The notes: generated by a model not told the origin, from the letters alone. Counted from the stretch's first letter, positions 1 to 8,547 are shown. The stretch: 64,000 nucleotides of DNA from Candidatus Omnitrophota bacterium (GCA_030681595.1 JAUXSB010000003.1:31207-95206), one strand, 5' to 3'. Program-made: numbers and translations.

Positions 1-531
1 ACGGTAATTTTCAACGCTGGTGGCGGCGATATTCACGTTAATCCTGCGGATATTGCCCTTAGCGGTTTGCACTGCGTAAATCTCATTAATTGTTTGCCTG
101 ACATAATCGATATTGTTGTTTTCCGGGTCTTCTCCGAATTCAATTAACAGCCGCTTATGCCCCATATTGATTAAGGTTTCAACCTGTTCTTTTATTTCGA
201 ACGAAGAAAGTTTCTTGCGCGCCAGCCCTTTATTGCTGGTATGAAAGTTACAGTATCGGCAGTCATTGACGCAAAAATCAGAAATGTATAAGGGGGCAAA
301 AAATACGATCCTCTCGCCGTAAATTTGGTCTTTGACTAGGCTGGCAATCCCAAAAAGCTCCTCTTTAAAGCCGCTATGATTAAGATTTAAGAGGCATCCC
401 ACTTCCTCTAAACTTAACCCTTTTTTATTTTTGGCCTTATCAAGAATAGAGGTAATATCTTCTTGGCTGGTATTCTCTGTTTTTCTTAGAATACTAAAAA
501 TCTTATCTTCGTTGATTATATTTTGCGGCAT
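1..531 (-). CDS. Radical SAM enzyme of the ThiH/HydG (tyrosine-lyase) family, N-terminal part; gene runs off the window start
   Basis: I translated the minus strand from the ATG at 531-529. It reads MPQNIINEDKIFSILRKTENTSQEDITSILDKAKNKKGLSLEEVGCLLNL...RIVFFAPLYISDFCVNDCRYCNFHTSNK...MGHKRLLIEFGEDP...IRRINVNIAATSVENYR. The CxxxCxxC motif sits in the sequence context typical of ThiH/HydG. The ORF is missing from the supplied track because it is truncated. Confidence 0.6.
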   Translation of the reverse strand, partial: MPQNIINEDKIFSILRKTENTSQEDITSILDKAKNKKGLSLEEVGCLLNLNHSGFKEELFGIASLVKDQIYGERIVFFAPLYISDFCVNDCRYCNFHTSNKGLARKKLSSFEIKEQVETLINMGHKRLLIEFGEDPENNNIDYVRQTINEIYAVQTAKGNIRRINVNIAATSVENYR

Positions 532-539
532 ATTTTCCT

Positions 540-1292
540 TTATTTTCTATAATCAGAACAAACCGTACACTCGGGATCATTCTTTACTCTTAGCTTCTTA
601 AAATCCATGGACTTGCCGTCAAAGACAAGCAGCTGGTTATAAAGATTACCCTCCATACCAAGCAGGCATTTTAACACTTCGGTTGCCTGGATACATCCGA
701 TTATGCCGGGAGTTGCACCAACCACCGGGAATACCCCGACAGGCGGAGACTCAGGGAATATACAATGAAGACAGGCCGTGTAAGGAATACGTATAGTGGT
801 AACCCTGCCCTCAAAACCCCAGATGCTTGCGTGCACAAGAGCTATCTTTTTTTCGACACAAAACTTATTCAATACATAACGCGTAGGAAAATTATCCATA
901 CAGTCAACAATAACCGACGAATCGCCGGCCAATTCCGCGATACTCTCTTCGTCAATTTTTTTATCAAAAGCATCCACCTCTACATGAGGGTTTATTCTTC
1001 TTAGGGTCATTTTAGCGCTTAGCGCCTTATATTTACCTATGCGCGTATGAGTATGCAAAATCTGCCTGTTAAGGTTTGAGATTTCAAGCGTATCGTAATC
1101 ACAGATGCGTATCCTGCCGACTCCGGCAGCGGCTAAATATATCGCCGCGGGGCTGCCTAACCCGCCTGCCCCGGCAATAAAAACAGTAGATTTTTTTAAC
1201 CTCTCCTGCCCTTCTCTGCCCCAGCCGTCAAGAAGCATCTGGCGATGATAACGTTTTAATTCCGGGTTAGTCAGTATTTTTTTATCGGCCAT
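540..1292 (-). CDS. ThiF/MoeB/HesA-family E1-like adenylyltransferase
   Basis: 250 aa. It has RYHRQMLL, the Rossmann motif IAGAGGLGSPAAIYLAAAGVGRIRICDYD, NLNRQ, and two CxxC pairs (CLHC, CTVC), all typical of MoeB/ThiF. Confidence 0.8.
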   Translation of the reverse strand: MADKKILTNPELKRYHRQMLLDGWGREGQERLKKSTVFIAGAGGLGSPAAIYLAAAGVGRIRICDYDTLEISNLNRQILHTHTRIGKYKALSAKMTLRRINPHVEVDAFDKKIDEESIAELAGDSSVIVDCMDNFPTRYVLNKFCVEKKIALVHASIWGFEGRVTTIRIPYTACLHCIFPESPPVGVFPVVGATPGIIGCIQATEVLKCLLGMEGNLYNQLLVFDGKSMDFKKLRVKNDPECTVCSDYRK

Positions 1293-1300
1293 CGGCGGGG

Positions 1301-1786
1301 TTACTTTCTTAATTCATTATTAATAAATAAAGCTATCTTCCTTACAATTTCCTTTTTTTTCTTTTTAAGCTCGCGGCTTAAACCTTCACCAAAAGAAACA
1401 TCCTTTATTTGAATACCGGCAAGGTAAATTTTTGTTTTAACGCCTAATCTTTTAGAGAGCTCAAATAAATCTTTGAGGTTTAACTCATGAGAAGATACCG
1501 CCGGTAAATTTAAATCATATTCTATTTTTTCTAAATCAGAAATTATCAATTTACCGCAAGCTTGCCCCGCGTCTATGGCGTCAATTAAAAGGGCTTTATC
1601 GTAATCCATAAGGCGGGAAATAAGGTCGATGCTGGCACTACCGAAATTAAGGTAATCGATACCTTTTGTTTTTTGCAACGCTAAGAGGGAATCAAGGACA
1701 ACTATCCCGATTGCGTCGTCTCTGCGCGAAAGGCTGCCCAAACCAATTACGGCTTTTTTAGACACTTCGACTCTCTTCAGTGTCAA
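1301..1786 (-). CDS. [NiFe] hydrogenase maturation endopeptidase (HycI/FrhD/HoxW family)
   Basis: 161 aa. The N-terminus VIGLGSLSRRDDAIGIVV matches the GxGNxxxxDDGxG family pattern, with DAID further along. It overlaps the large-subunit stop by 4 nt. Confidence 0.75.
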   Translation of the reverse strand: MTLKRVEVSKKAVIGLGSLSRRDDAIGIVVLDSLLALQKTKGIDYLNFGSASIDLISRLMDYDKALLIDAIDAGQACGKLIISDLEKIEYDLNLPAVSSHELNLKDLFELSKRLGVKTKIYLAGIQIKDVSFGEGLSRELKKKKKEIVRKIALFINNELRK

Positions 1787-3156
1787 TGGTGAGCGTTAGG
1801 CAAACCATTGACAAATTTTACATCCAAAAGGTGTGTGGCGCATGATATGCAAGGGTCATATGAACGCGCGAGCATTTCCAAATCCAAAGTAATCTGCGCT
1901 TGGGTCCTTTTACCTAAAAGCTCGGGTACGAGTTTACGCATATCCGCCTCTAAATTACCCATGTTCTGGTTCGTAGGGATAACACAATTAGCGTAAGAAA
2001 TGTTGCCTTTATTATTTATTGTATAATCATGAAATAACGAACCGCGCGGTACCTCGACACAGCCTACGCCTGAATTAGGCTTGTATTTAATTTTGCGCAA
2101 CTCGCTCCTCTTTGGCCATGAAGAGACTACTGTTTTTTTACTTAAGCCGTCGCCGAGAATCTTCTCCATAATTACGATTGACTCTTCCAAGCAATGCACC
2201 CATTCTACCAGTTGTATCGCGGTATTTAGATAAGGGTTATAACACGGCGCCTTTAACCCTAATTCCTGTACCGCTTCTTTGGCCTTTTTATTTAATTTAG
2301 CGCCGTTATTATTAAAACGCGAAATTGCCCCCACGGCATACGGCTTATTATTAATAGTAGAGATCTTTGCCCGCGAGTGCTCCACCACAGTTTCGGTAAA
2401 TAATTTCTTGTAATCCTTTGCCTTTATTTTATTTCTGCCGTTTACGGCCAAATCCCCGTCATACATCGCATACTCCGTATCATTAGCAAGCGACATATAT
2501 TGGGTGGGGCGTTCAAACTTCGGAAATTTAAGTTTTTTAATTACCTTTAGTGTTTCCTCGCCATCTTTGCGCGCCTCCAGCATCATCTTATATAATTTTA
2601 CCAAGCCTTCCCGCGAAGGCAGCTGGGTTAAGCCGCCGATAACATAACTTATAGGATGGATATGGCGGCCGGCAAGGACTTCTCCGGCATAGTCGCTCAT
2701 CCGTTTCATGCGCAGGGCCGTCTCAATTACCGGCCGGTGCGTCTGAATCAGCGGTATTACGCTTTTTACGCCTAAAAGATCCGGTGCCACCAAAAAATAA
2801 ATATGCAGGATATGGCTATCCATCTGCTCGGTGTATAAAAGGAGCTTACGCAGCATCACTGCCTCGTCAGACGGCTCAACTCCTAAAGCGGCCTCTGCCG
2901 CCTTTATGCTGGCCAGGCTATGCCCGCAGGCGCAAATTCCGCAGATACGGCTGGTCAAATGCTGTGCCTCCCAGATAGAGCGGCCTACCAGCATTGACTC
3001 AAAAAAACGCGGCGACTCAATTACCTGAAATTCACATTTAGTGAGTTTTCCGTTTTTTACATCCACGACTATATTGCCGTGGCCTTCGACACGCGTAAGG
3101 TAATGTACGTCGACTTTAACATCCTTAGAATAAACTTTAGGCGAAACTTTGCTCAT
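1783..3156 (-). CDS. [NiFe] hydrogenase large (alpha) subunit, group 3b (sulfhydrogenase/NAD(P)-coupled) type
   Basis: 457 aa. It has the N-terminal RICGICACGHS motif and the C-terminal DPCISCATH motif, which are the two CxxC Ni-Fe ligand pairs. The surrounding order beta-gamma-delta-alpha matches the Pyrococcus hydBGDA arrangement. Confidence 0.9.
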   Translation of the reverse strand: MSKVSPKVYSKDVKVDVHYLTRVEGHGNIVVDVKNGKLTKCEFQVIESPRFFESMLVGRSIWEAQHLTSRICGICACGHSLASIKAAEAALGVEPSDEAVMLRKLLLYTEQMDSHILHIYFLVAPDLLGVKSVIPLIQTHRPVIETALRMKRMSDYAGEVLAGRHIHPISYVIGGLTQLPSREGLVKLYKMMLEARKDGEETLKVIKKLKFPKFERPTQYMSLANDTEYAMYDGDLAVNGRNKIKAKDYKKLFTETVVEHSRAKISTINNKPYAVGAISRFNNNGAKLNKKAKEAVQELGLKAPCYNPYLNTAIQLVEWVHCLEESIVIMEKILGDGLSKKTVVSSWPKRSELRKIKYKPNSGVGCVEVPRGSLFHDYTINNKGNISYANCVIPTNQNMGNLEADMRKLVPELLGKRTQAQITLDLEMLARSYDPCISCATHLLDVKFVNGLPNAHH

Positions 3157-3901
3157 ATTTATCTCCTGAGGAAGCGTTATATAAAGTAAAATGTTTTAAT
3201 ACATCTTCTAATTTTAATCCGTATTTTAATAATATATCTTTCTGGCCGTCGGAAGCCGGATTATCCACTAAGCCGCGGCAGCCATAGCAACGGTTGCCAT
3301 TATTTACACACCAGGAATTACAGCCTGCGCGCGTAACCGGGCCCATACACTCTTCATCTTTTTCATAGCGGCAGACATTTTCGTTCATCTTACATTCCAC
3401 GCAAACAGCGTAATTAGGCACTGTATAAGCTTTTCCTAAAAGCAGGCATTTTATCACCGAGACTATCTCAGGTATATACGGCGGACAGCCATTAATAACA
3501 TAATCAACTTTTACCACTTCTTGTATCGGCATAACCTTAATCGTATTCACTTTATCCGATTTTTCGCCGTAGACCCGCTTCTTAGCCAGCTCAAGCGAAT
3601 GGAGATTTTTGATCCCGTTTACCCCGCCGATTGAAGCACAAGCACCAAACGCTACCACAACCTTTGCCTTTTCCCTAATCTTTTTAATCCGTTTAACATC
3701 ATTATCCGTAGAGATGCTCCCCTCAACAAAGGCGATATCATAGTCATCACTCGCCTCCGACATCGCCTCGCGGAAATTTACAATATCCACCAATTTTACA
3801 AGCTCTAAAAGGCTGTTGCCCATATTAACAATCTGTAATTGACAGCCTTCGCAGTCAGTAAAATCAAAAAAAGCCAGCTTCGGCTTAGCTTGTTTTTTCA
3901 T
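3137..3901 (-). CDS. [NiFe] hydrogenase small (delta) subunit
   Basis: 254 aa. It contains FDFTDCEGCQ, GACASIGG and GCPP, plus a distal Cys cluster. Its ends overlap both neighbouring genes. Confidence 0.85.
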   Translation of the reverse strand: MKKQAKPKLAFFDFTDCEGCQLQIVNMGNSLLELVKLVDIVNFREAMSEASDDYDIAFVEGSISTDNDVKRIKKIREKAKVVVAFGACASIGGVNGIKNLHSLELAKKRVYGEKSDKVNTIKVMPIQEVVKVDYVINGCPPYIPEIVSVIKCLLLGKAYTVPNYAVCVECKMNENVCRYEKDEECMGPVTRAGCNSWCVNNGNRCYGCRGLVDNPASDGQKDILLKYGLKLEDVLKHFTLYNASSGDKYEQSFA

Positions 3902-4751
3902 GGCATTCTCCTTTAAAATCCCTTAGTTCATGATAGGTAAAAACCGGGCCTGACTGACAGACATATTTCCCTTCAATCTGGCAATGCCCGCATTTGCCCA
4001 ACCCGCAACGCATCCTGCGCTCAAGAGAAACTATAATTTGATGATCGGGGATAGTCTTCTTAAGCAGTTCCTTAATTACAAACTTATACATTATCGGCGG
4101 ACCCACTACCACGGCATAAGTCCTTGCCGGATTAATATCCACTCCCGGAATTAAAGTCGTAATTAAACCCACATTTCCCTTCCAGTCGGGATCTGCCATA
4201 TCTACCGTACAGTTAGATTTAATCTCAGCCCGCTTCATCCACTCGTTGGTCTCCTGCCAAAACAAGAAATCTTTCGGCGTCTTACATCCCAATAATATCT
4301 GCACATAGCCAAAATCATTCCTCTGGCTCATAACATACCTAATTAAAGAACGCAGCGGCACAATCCCCAAGCCTCCTGCGACGATAACCAAATCATACCC
4401 AAACATATTATCTATGGGAAACCCCCGGCCAAAAGGCCCCCTTATCCCGATGGTATCGCCCTTATCCAATTTATGCATTGCATTAGTCAAGGTGCCGACA
4501 TTTCTTACGGTTAAATCAAAAAATCCTTTATCCGTAGGAGATGAACAAATAGAAATCGGCGCCTCTGCGTAGCCAAAGATAGAAACCATTACAAACTGCC
4601 CCGGTTCATGGGCAAGGTTAATTTTTCCTTCAAGCTCTATCCGGAAAAACTTTTCCTTATCGGTAAGCATCTTTGTTTCGATAATCTTTCCCCGCATCGG
4701 CTTATAGGGGGATGTCTTCATTTTTTCTAAAAGTATTTCGCGGTCAATCAT
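3885..4751 (-). CDS. Hydrogenase gamma subunit, FAD/NAD(P)-binding ferredoxin-reductase-like with C-terminal 2Fe-2S Cys motif
   Basis: 288 aa. It has GQFVMV, RGPFG, VAGGLGIVPLRS, and the C-terminal motif RMRCGLGKCGHCQ, as in sulfhydrogenase gamma subunits and DsrB-like reductase subunits. Confidence 0.8.
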   Translation of the reverse strand: MIDREILLEKMKTSPYKPMRGKIIETKMLTDKEKFFRIELEGKINLAHEPGQFVMVSIFGYAEAPISICSSPTDKGFFDLTVRNVGTLTNAMHKLDKGDTIGIRGPFGRGFPIDNMFGYDLVIVAGGLGIVPLRSLIRYVMSQRNDFGYVQILLGCKTPKDFLFWQETNEWMKRAEIKSNCTVDMADPDWKGNVGLITTLIPGVDINPARTYAVVVGPPIMYKFVIKELLKKTIPDHQIIVSLERRMRCGLGKCGHCQIEGKYVCQSGPVFTYHELRDFKGECHEKTS

Positions 4752-4799
4752 CTTTTAACTCCTTTAATGAACCCCGCAGATGGCGGGGCAAATTCGGGT

Positions 4800-5858
4800 T
4801 TATAACTTATGCCGCTTCGTTCTATAAGTTATACCCTCATTTAAAAGCGCATTTACAGTATCAACAAGATTAATCTGCGCCATACAGGTACGCGTGCACC
4901 TTCCGCAACCGGTACAGAAATAACGGTTATATTTATCCACGGAATATTTAAACTTACGGTAATATCTGTGCTTTTGCCTGCCGTCGCGCCCATGCCTAAA
5001 ATCTTCGCCTCCGGCAACTTTAGCGAAATCGTCCATCTGGCAATAATTCCAGATACGGTACCTAATGCCTTCATTTAAAGATAGTTCCATTTCATCTACC
5101 ACGTCGAAACAATAACAGGTTGGGCACACCGCGGTGCAATTTCCGCAGGCAACACACCTCTTTCCCACATTCTGCCAAACTTTAGAGTTAAAGCCTCTGT
5201 CAAAGGCGTCATATACTACGGGAAGAGCATCCCCTAATTCCTCCTTGAACACCTTCTTTTTTTCTTCTCTTATTTGCTCAAGCAAAGAAACCTCTGATTC
5301 TTTTGCCTCCCGGATATAGCCTAAACCTGTAACCAAACCTTCGCCTTTTTCTGAATTGATATGAATAATAAAACTTTTGCCTAAGTCTGTCAGCATCAGG
5401 TCATATCCGCCGCGGGGATTATGATTCCCCATCGAAGCACAGTTGGCAAATTTGTCGCAATAGTTGAGGCATTCAATACCAATTATAGTCATCTTATCCT
5501 TACGATTTAAATAATTGGGGTCTTCCGGGCTATCCCTAAATACCACATCCATACACTGTATTCCGGCAATATCGCAAGTATGTACCCCAAAAAGTATATA
5601 TTCCTCAAAAACATCTATTGCCTTTGCGGTCTTAAAAGGCCGAACACTAAACTTCAGCAGTTTCTCTTTCTGGGGAAAATAATATTTCTTGGGAGGAAGT
5701 ATCGTAGGAATATATTCCAAACATACTTCACTGATATCCCTTACCGGCCTAAAAACAAAAGAATTTTCCTTCTTTCTGGGCGCATAAAGCCGGGCCCTAC
5801 TCTTTAAATGTTCGAGCCATTTGCTCAAGCCCTCTTTCTGAATAATTGCGTATTTCAC
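4800..5858 (-). CDS. Hydrogenase beta subunit, 4Fe-4S ferredoxin-domain protein
   Basis: It has two ferredoxin-type motifs, CVACGNCTAVCPTCYC and CTGCGRCTRTCM. I moved the start to the GTG at 5858 (VKYAIIQKEG...). The 13 extra codons in the track run through the conserved hairpin and the ATTGAGGAG ribosome-binding site of the leader element. Confidence 0.75.
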   Translation of the reverse strand: MKYAIIQKEGLSKWLEHLKSRARLYAPRKKENSFVFRPVRDISEVCLEYIPTILPPKKYYFPQKEKLLKFSVRPFKTAKAIDVFEEYILFGVHTCDIAGIQCMDVVFRDSPEDPNYLNRKDKMTIIGIECLNYCDKFANCASMGNHNPRGGYDLMLTDLGKSFIIHINSEKGEGLVTGLGYIREAKESEVSLLEQIREEKKKVFKEELGDALPVVYDAFDRGFNSKVWQNVGKRCVACGNCTAVCPTCYCFDVVDEMELSLNEGIRYRIWNYCQMDDFAKVAGGEDFRHGRDGRQKHRYYRKFKYSVDKYNRYFCTGCGRCTRTCMAQINLVDTVNALLNEGITYRTKRHKL

Positions 5859-5864
5859 AAAATT

Positions 5865-6040
5865 CTCCTCAATGAGCACATAAGTTACAGAACACAATGA
5901 TGTAACTTATAAGTGCGAATTGATCCCGTTGAGTGCCTAAAAATTATAGTATAGAATTTTTAGGCATATTACGAAACGGGATAGATCCGATTAATGAGCC
6001 CCGAAGCTTCGGGGCGAATTGATCCCAACGATATGTCGGG
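5865..6040 (-). promoter_or_regulatory. Conserved structured upstream element, copy A (with a tandem extra half-unit)
   Basis: Read on the minus strand, an outer stem CCCGTT/AACGGG encloses the palindrome TGCCTAAAAATT-CTATACTAT-AATTTTTAGGCA. This is followed by GGGATCAATTC, the hairpin GCACTTATAAGTTACA...TGTAACTTATGTGCTC, ATTGAGGAG and the GTG start. A second GGGATCAATTC plus the hairpin GCCCCGAAGCTTCGGGGC and TCATTAA lies at 5992-6026. Confidence 0.55.
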
Positions 6041-6046
6041 ATGGCT

Positions 6047-6289
6047 TCATTTAAAATTAATCTTGGTTATCTCAAACTCCGGGCCATATTTTACTTTCTT
6101 TATCACAATGGTTAAGCCTGACCATTTTGTGCCAGAAGTAACCTCTTTAAAATGTTCTAAAAAATGTTGTGCCGTAATAGCGCCGAATTCAGAAAGCGTT
6201 ACGTGTATCTTTTTAATCTTACGGCGTGTTTTGCTTTCCTCGTTTTTAAGGTATTTTAGGATATTATCAATAAGGTGCGTTTCATGCAT
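6047..6289 (-). CDS. HypA-like hydrogenase nickel-insertion factor lacking the zinc-finger module
   Basis: 80 aa. MHETHLIDNILKYLKNEE...KIKKIHVTLSEFGAI...FLEHFKEVTSGT follows the HypA N-terminal pattern (MHE..L...I......V.L.IGE...v....l.F.F). There are no Cys residues and no CxxC...CxxC motif. Confidence 0.5.
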   Translation of the reverse strand: MHETHLIDNILKYLKNEESKTRRKIKKIHVTLSEFGAITAQHFLEHFKEVTSGTKWSGLTIVIKKVKYGPEFEITKINFK

Positions 6290-6336
6290 ATAAGTTTTCT
6301 AGATTATGTTAAATTGTGAAATGTTTCACAAAGTAT

Positions 6337-6364
6337 ATATTACTGTAATATTTTTTATTGTCAA
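6337..6364 (-). promoter_or_regulatory. Putative sigma-70-type promoter for the HypA-like gene
   Basis: The minus strand reads TTGACA (6364-6359), a 16-nt spacer, then TAATAT (6342-6337), about 45 nt upstream of the ATG at 6289. Confidence 0.4.
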
Positions 6365-6372
6365 GAAAAATC

Positions 6373-6606
6373 TGCCAATGCCGCCGTTGGCGGCACCCCG
6401 CTATTCGGCGGTGGCTGGCGATTCCCGCCGTAGGCGAATCCGCCTACGGCGGAAGATTTTGCGCGATGCCGCACATACTTGTGCGGCGCAAGAAAATTTT
6501 ACAGACTTGCCGCGCCCGAACCCGCCCGACCAAACATTCGTCCAGTCCGACTTCGGCCTGCCCGAATTAAGTCTGGCGGGTCTGGCGGGTTCGGGCGCGG
6601 CGCAAG
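6373..6606. other. GC-rich island of four consecutive strong hairpins (candidate ncRNA or clustered REP-like hairpins)
   Basis: There is a perfect 18-bp stem, GCCGCGCCCGAACCCGCC (6509-6526) with GGCGGGTTCGGGCGCGGC (6584-6601). A 12-bp hairpin CCGCCGTAGGCG-aat-CGCCTACGGCGG lies at 6426-6453, and another hairpin at 6459-6491. Further GC stems lie at 6381-6420. Confidence 0.5.
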
Positions 6607-6643
6607 ATTTTTTTAAAAAGTTTTACCGGAAAATTAACCGTGC

Positions 6644-7900
6644 TTAATCTACCGAGATTGTTTTACTTGCCGAAGAAACATTCCCTTTGTTGTCGTAGGC
6701 AAATAAATAAACCCGGTAAAGGCCTTTCTTAGAAGGTAATTCTACTTTTGCCGCGCCATCTCTTATCGTCAAGGAAACATCTATGAAATCATTAACGTAA
6801 TATTGTAAGATGCCTTCGTGTGTGGTACTTAGTTTAATTTCATAGCGTAATCTATCCTTCTCCTCATCTTCAGCAAAAAACCTTACATCTATAATCTCGC
6901 CCGGTTTTACGCTGGCCCTATCCAGCGTAAAGAGTTTAATCTGTGGTGGCATATTCAATGGTTTTTTGCCGGTATAAAACTCATAGACAACCCAAAATGG
7001 CAGCCTTTTAAACATGGAATAATTTATATTCCACCATGTCATTGATTCCTGCGTTGTCTCGCCTAAATGAAAAACAAAGCCGCCTAAATTAAAACCCCTA
7101 AATTCCTCTATTTGACTGCAAAGCTCGCGATACCAGATTGCCTTTGCTTTATCATTAAGCTCAATTGCGGCGCCGTTTTCTTCCTTTCTGGATTGTGAAG
7201 CTATCGGCGGGCCAAATTCGCTTAAGGCATACGGCTTATTCATTTTTAAATAAAGATATGTACCGTGACAGGGGCGCAAAGTCGGGTACACATTCATTCC
7301 TATAATATCTACGGAGGGCATATATTCTTTTATATACTTTAGCTCCACATAGTTTGAGCCTGTATACATTACCGGATGTTTTGGGTCTATCTTATGGATT
7401 TTTTCTGCCAAATAATTTATAAATTTTGCCAAGGCAATTTTTTCATCCTCATCCTGCGTAAAAAATATGCACTCATTTCCTACGCCCCATATTAAGATAG
7501 CGTCGTGGCCTTTATATCGCTCGACATAATCCAGCACTTCCTTTTCTTTCTTCCGTTTATACCCGATGTCGAAATAGCTTACCCCCTTCTCCGGCAAGGC
7601 GCTGTTAATCCATATTCCTGCGCATACATAAATGCCGTATTTTCGCGCCTTCTCTAAATATTCTTCTGTCCCTTGATCTATGCCCCAGGTGCGTACAGTA
7701 TTTGCCCCTAATTCCTTAGCTAGCTTAAGATAATCTTCGCCGCCTTTACCCTTATGCAAGCCGCATCCAGCACCATTAATATAAAAAGGCGCTCCGTCAA
7801 CTAATAGCTGCCATGCGCCTTCCTCACCGTCAATTTTTACTTCTGTGCAATGCGCAATAGTGGAAAAAAATAAAAATAGCAAAGCAAAAAAACATCGCAT
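6644..7900 (-). CDS. Secreted glycoside hydrolase, clan GH-A TIM-barrel (GH5/GH2-like) with C-terminal beta-sandwich domain
   Basis: 418 aa. It has an N-terminal signal peptide (MRCFFALLFLFFSTIAHC). GANTVRTWG and WGVGNE (the Asn-Glu acid/base motif) are typical of GH-A enzymes. Confidence 0.55.
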   Translation of the reverse strand: MRCFFALLFLFFSTIAHCTEVKIDGEEGAWQLLVDGAPFYINGAGCGLHKGKGGEDYLKLAKELGANTVRTWGIDQGTEEYLEKARKYGIYVCAGIWINSALPEKGVSYFDIGYKRKKEKEVLDYVERYKGHDAILIWGVGNECIFFTQDEDEKIALAKFINYLAEKIHKIDPKHPVMYTGSNYVELKYIKEYMPSVDIIGMNVYPTLRPCHGTYLYLKMNKPYALSEFGPPIASQSRKEENGAAIELNDKAKAIWYRELCSQIEEFRGFNLGGFVFHLGETTQESMTWWNINYSMFKRLPFWVVYEFYTGKKPLNMPPQIKLFTLDRASVKPGEIIDVRFFAEDEEKDRLRYEIKLSTTHEGILQYYVNDFIDVSLTIRDGAAKVELPSKKGLYRVYLFAYDNKGNVSSASKTISVD

Positions 7901-7904
7901 AGCG

Positions 7905-8543
7905 CTAACCCTTCTTTTTTAACCTTTCCATATCCGAAGGTAATTCCGAATAGATATCTAAGCGTTTACCGGTTACGGGGTGATCAAAAGTAAGGCGGGA
8001 TGAATGAAGGGCAAGGCGCTTAAACTTTACCTCAAAATCCCTGCCGAAAGCAAATTTTCTTTCGCCTAATAGAGGATGGCCGATTTGCTTAAAATGAATG
8101 CGGATTTGGTTGGTCCTACCGGTGCGCGGGAAAACTTTAATCTCACTAAAACCATTAAAAAAATTCGCTACCTCAAAATCAGTAACGGCCAATTTTGGCT
8201 CTTCTCTCTCATCGTGCCTGATATAACTTTTTATGCGCCCCGAAGATTCTTTCAGTTTACCGCGCACAAAGGCGATATACTCCTTATATACTTTTTGCCG
8301 ATGGAAACTTTCCATCATTGCCTGCTGCGCTCTTTTAGTTTTAGCGTATATTATCAACCCGGAGGTCTGGCGGTCTAAGCGATGGCAGGGATAAAGCCGT
8401 AAATTTGGCTCTTTCTTTTCCGCCTCTTCATTAAGGATAGCAGTAAGGGTGCGGAATTCTTTTTTAGGAGTAGGGATTGTCAGAAGGCCGGAAGGCTTAT
8501 CCACGATAAGCAGATAGTCATCTTCATAGATAGTTTTGATCAT
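7905..8543 (-). CDS. RluA-family pseudouridine synthase
   Basis: 212 aa. It has the catalytic motif HRLDRQTSGLIIYAK, plus GRTNQIRIH. Confidence 0.85.
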   Translation of the reverse strand: MIKTIYEDDYLLIVDKPSGLLTIPTPKKEFRTLTAILNEEAEKKEPNLRLYPCHRLDRQTSGLIIYAKTKRAQQAMMESFHRQKVYKEYIAFVRGKLKESSGRIKSYIRHDEREEPKLAVTDFEVANFFNGFSEIKVFPRTGRTNQIRIHFKQIGHPLLGERKFAFGRDFEVKFKRLALHSSRLTFDHPVTGKRLDIYSELPSDMERLKKKG

Positions 8544-8547
8544 GTGT

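Noticed and set aside
1-531. Calling the truncated radical SAM gene specifically HydG, which would imply an [FeFe]-hydrogenase maturation system.
   Set aside because: The adjacent hydrogenase is [NiFe] and the neighbouring gene is ThiF/MoeB-like, which fits ThiH equally well. The fragment cannot discriminate ThiH from HydG without the C-terminal domain.
5859-5897. N-terminal extensions of track ORFs: MCSVTYVLIEENF at 4800-5897, MSSLKGGS at 10961-11656, and MSSLRRKS at 28086-28901.
   Set aside because: The extra codons read through the conserved leader hairpin and the ATTGAGGAGG ribosome-binding site. A start codon sits 4-8 nt after that RBS in each case. The similar MSSL peptides simply reflect the conserved DNA element.
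6306-6647. Plus-strand ORFs in the GC-rich region: a 113-aa Arg/Pro/Ala-rich ORF and a nested 70-aa ORF.
   Set aside because: They are by-products of the GC-rich hairpin block. Their composition is implausible, they have no RBS, and they lie on the opposite strand to every real gene.
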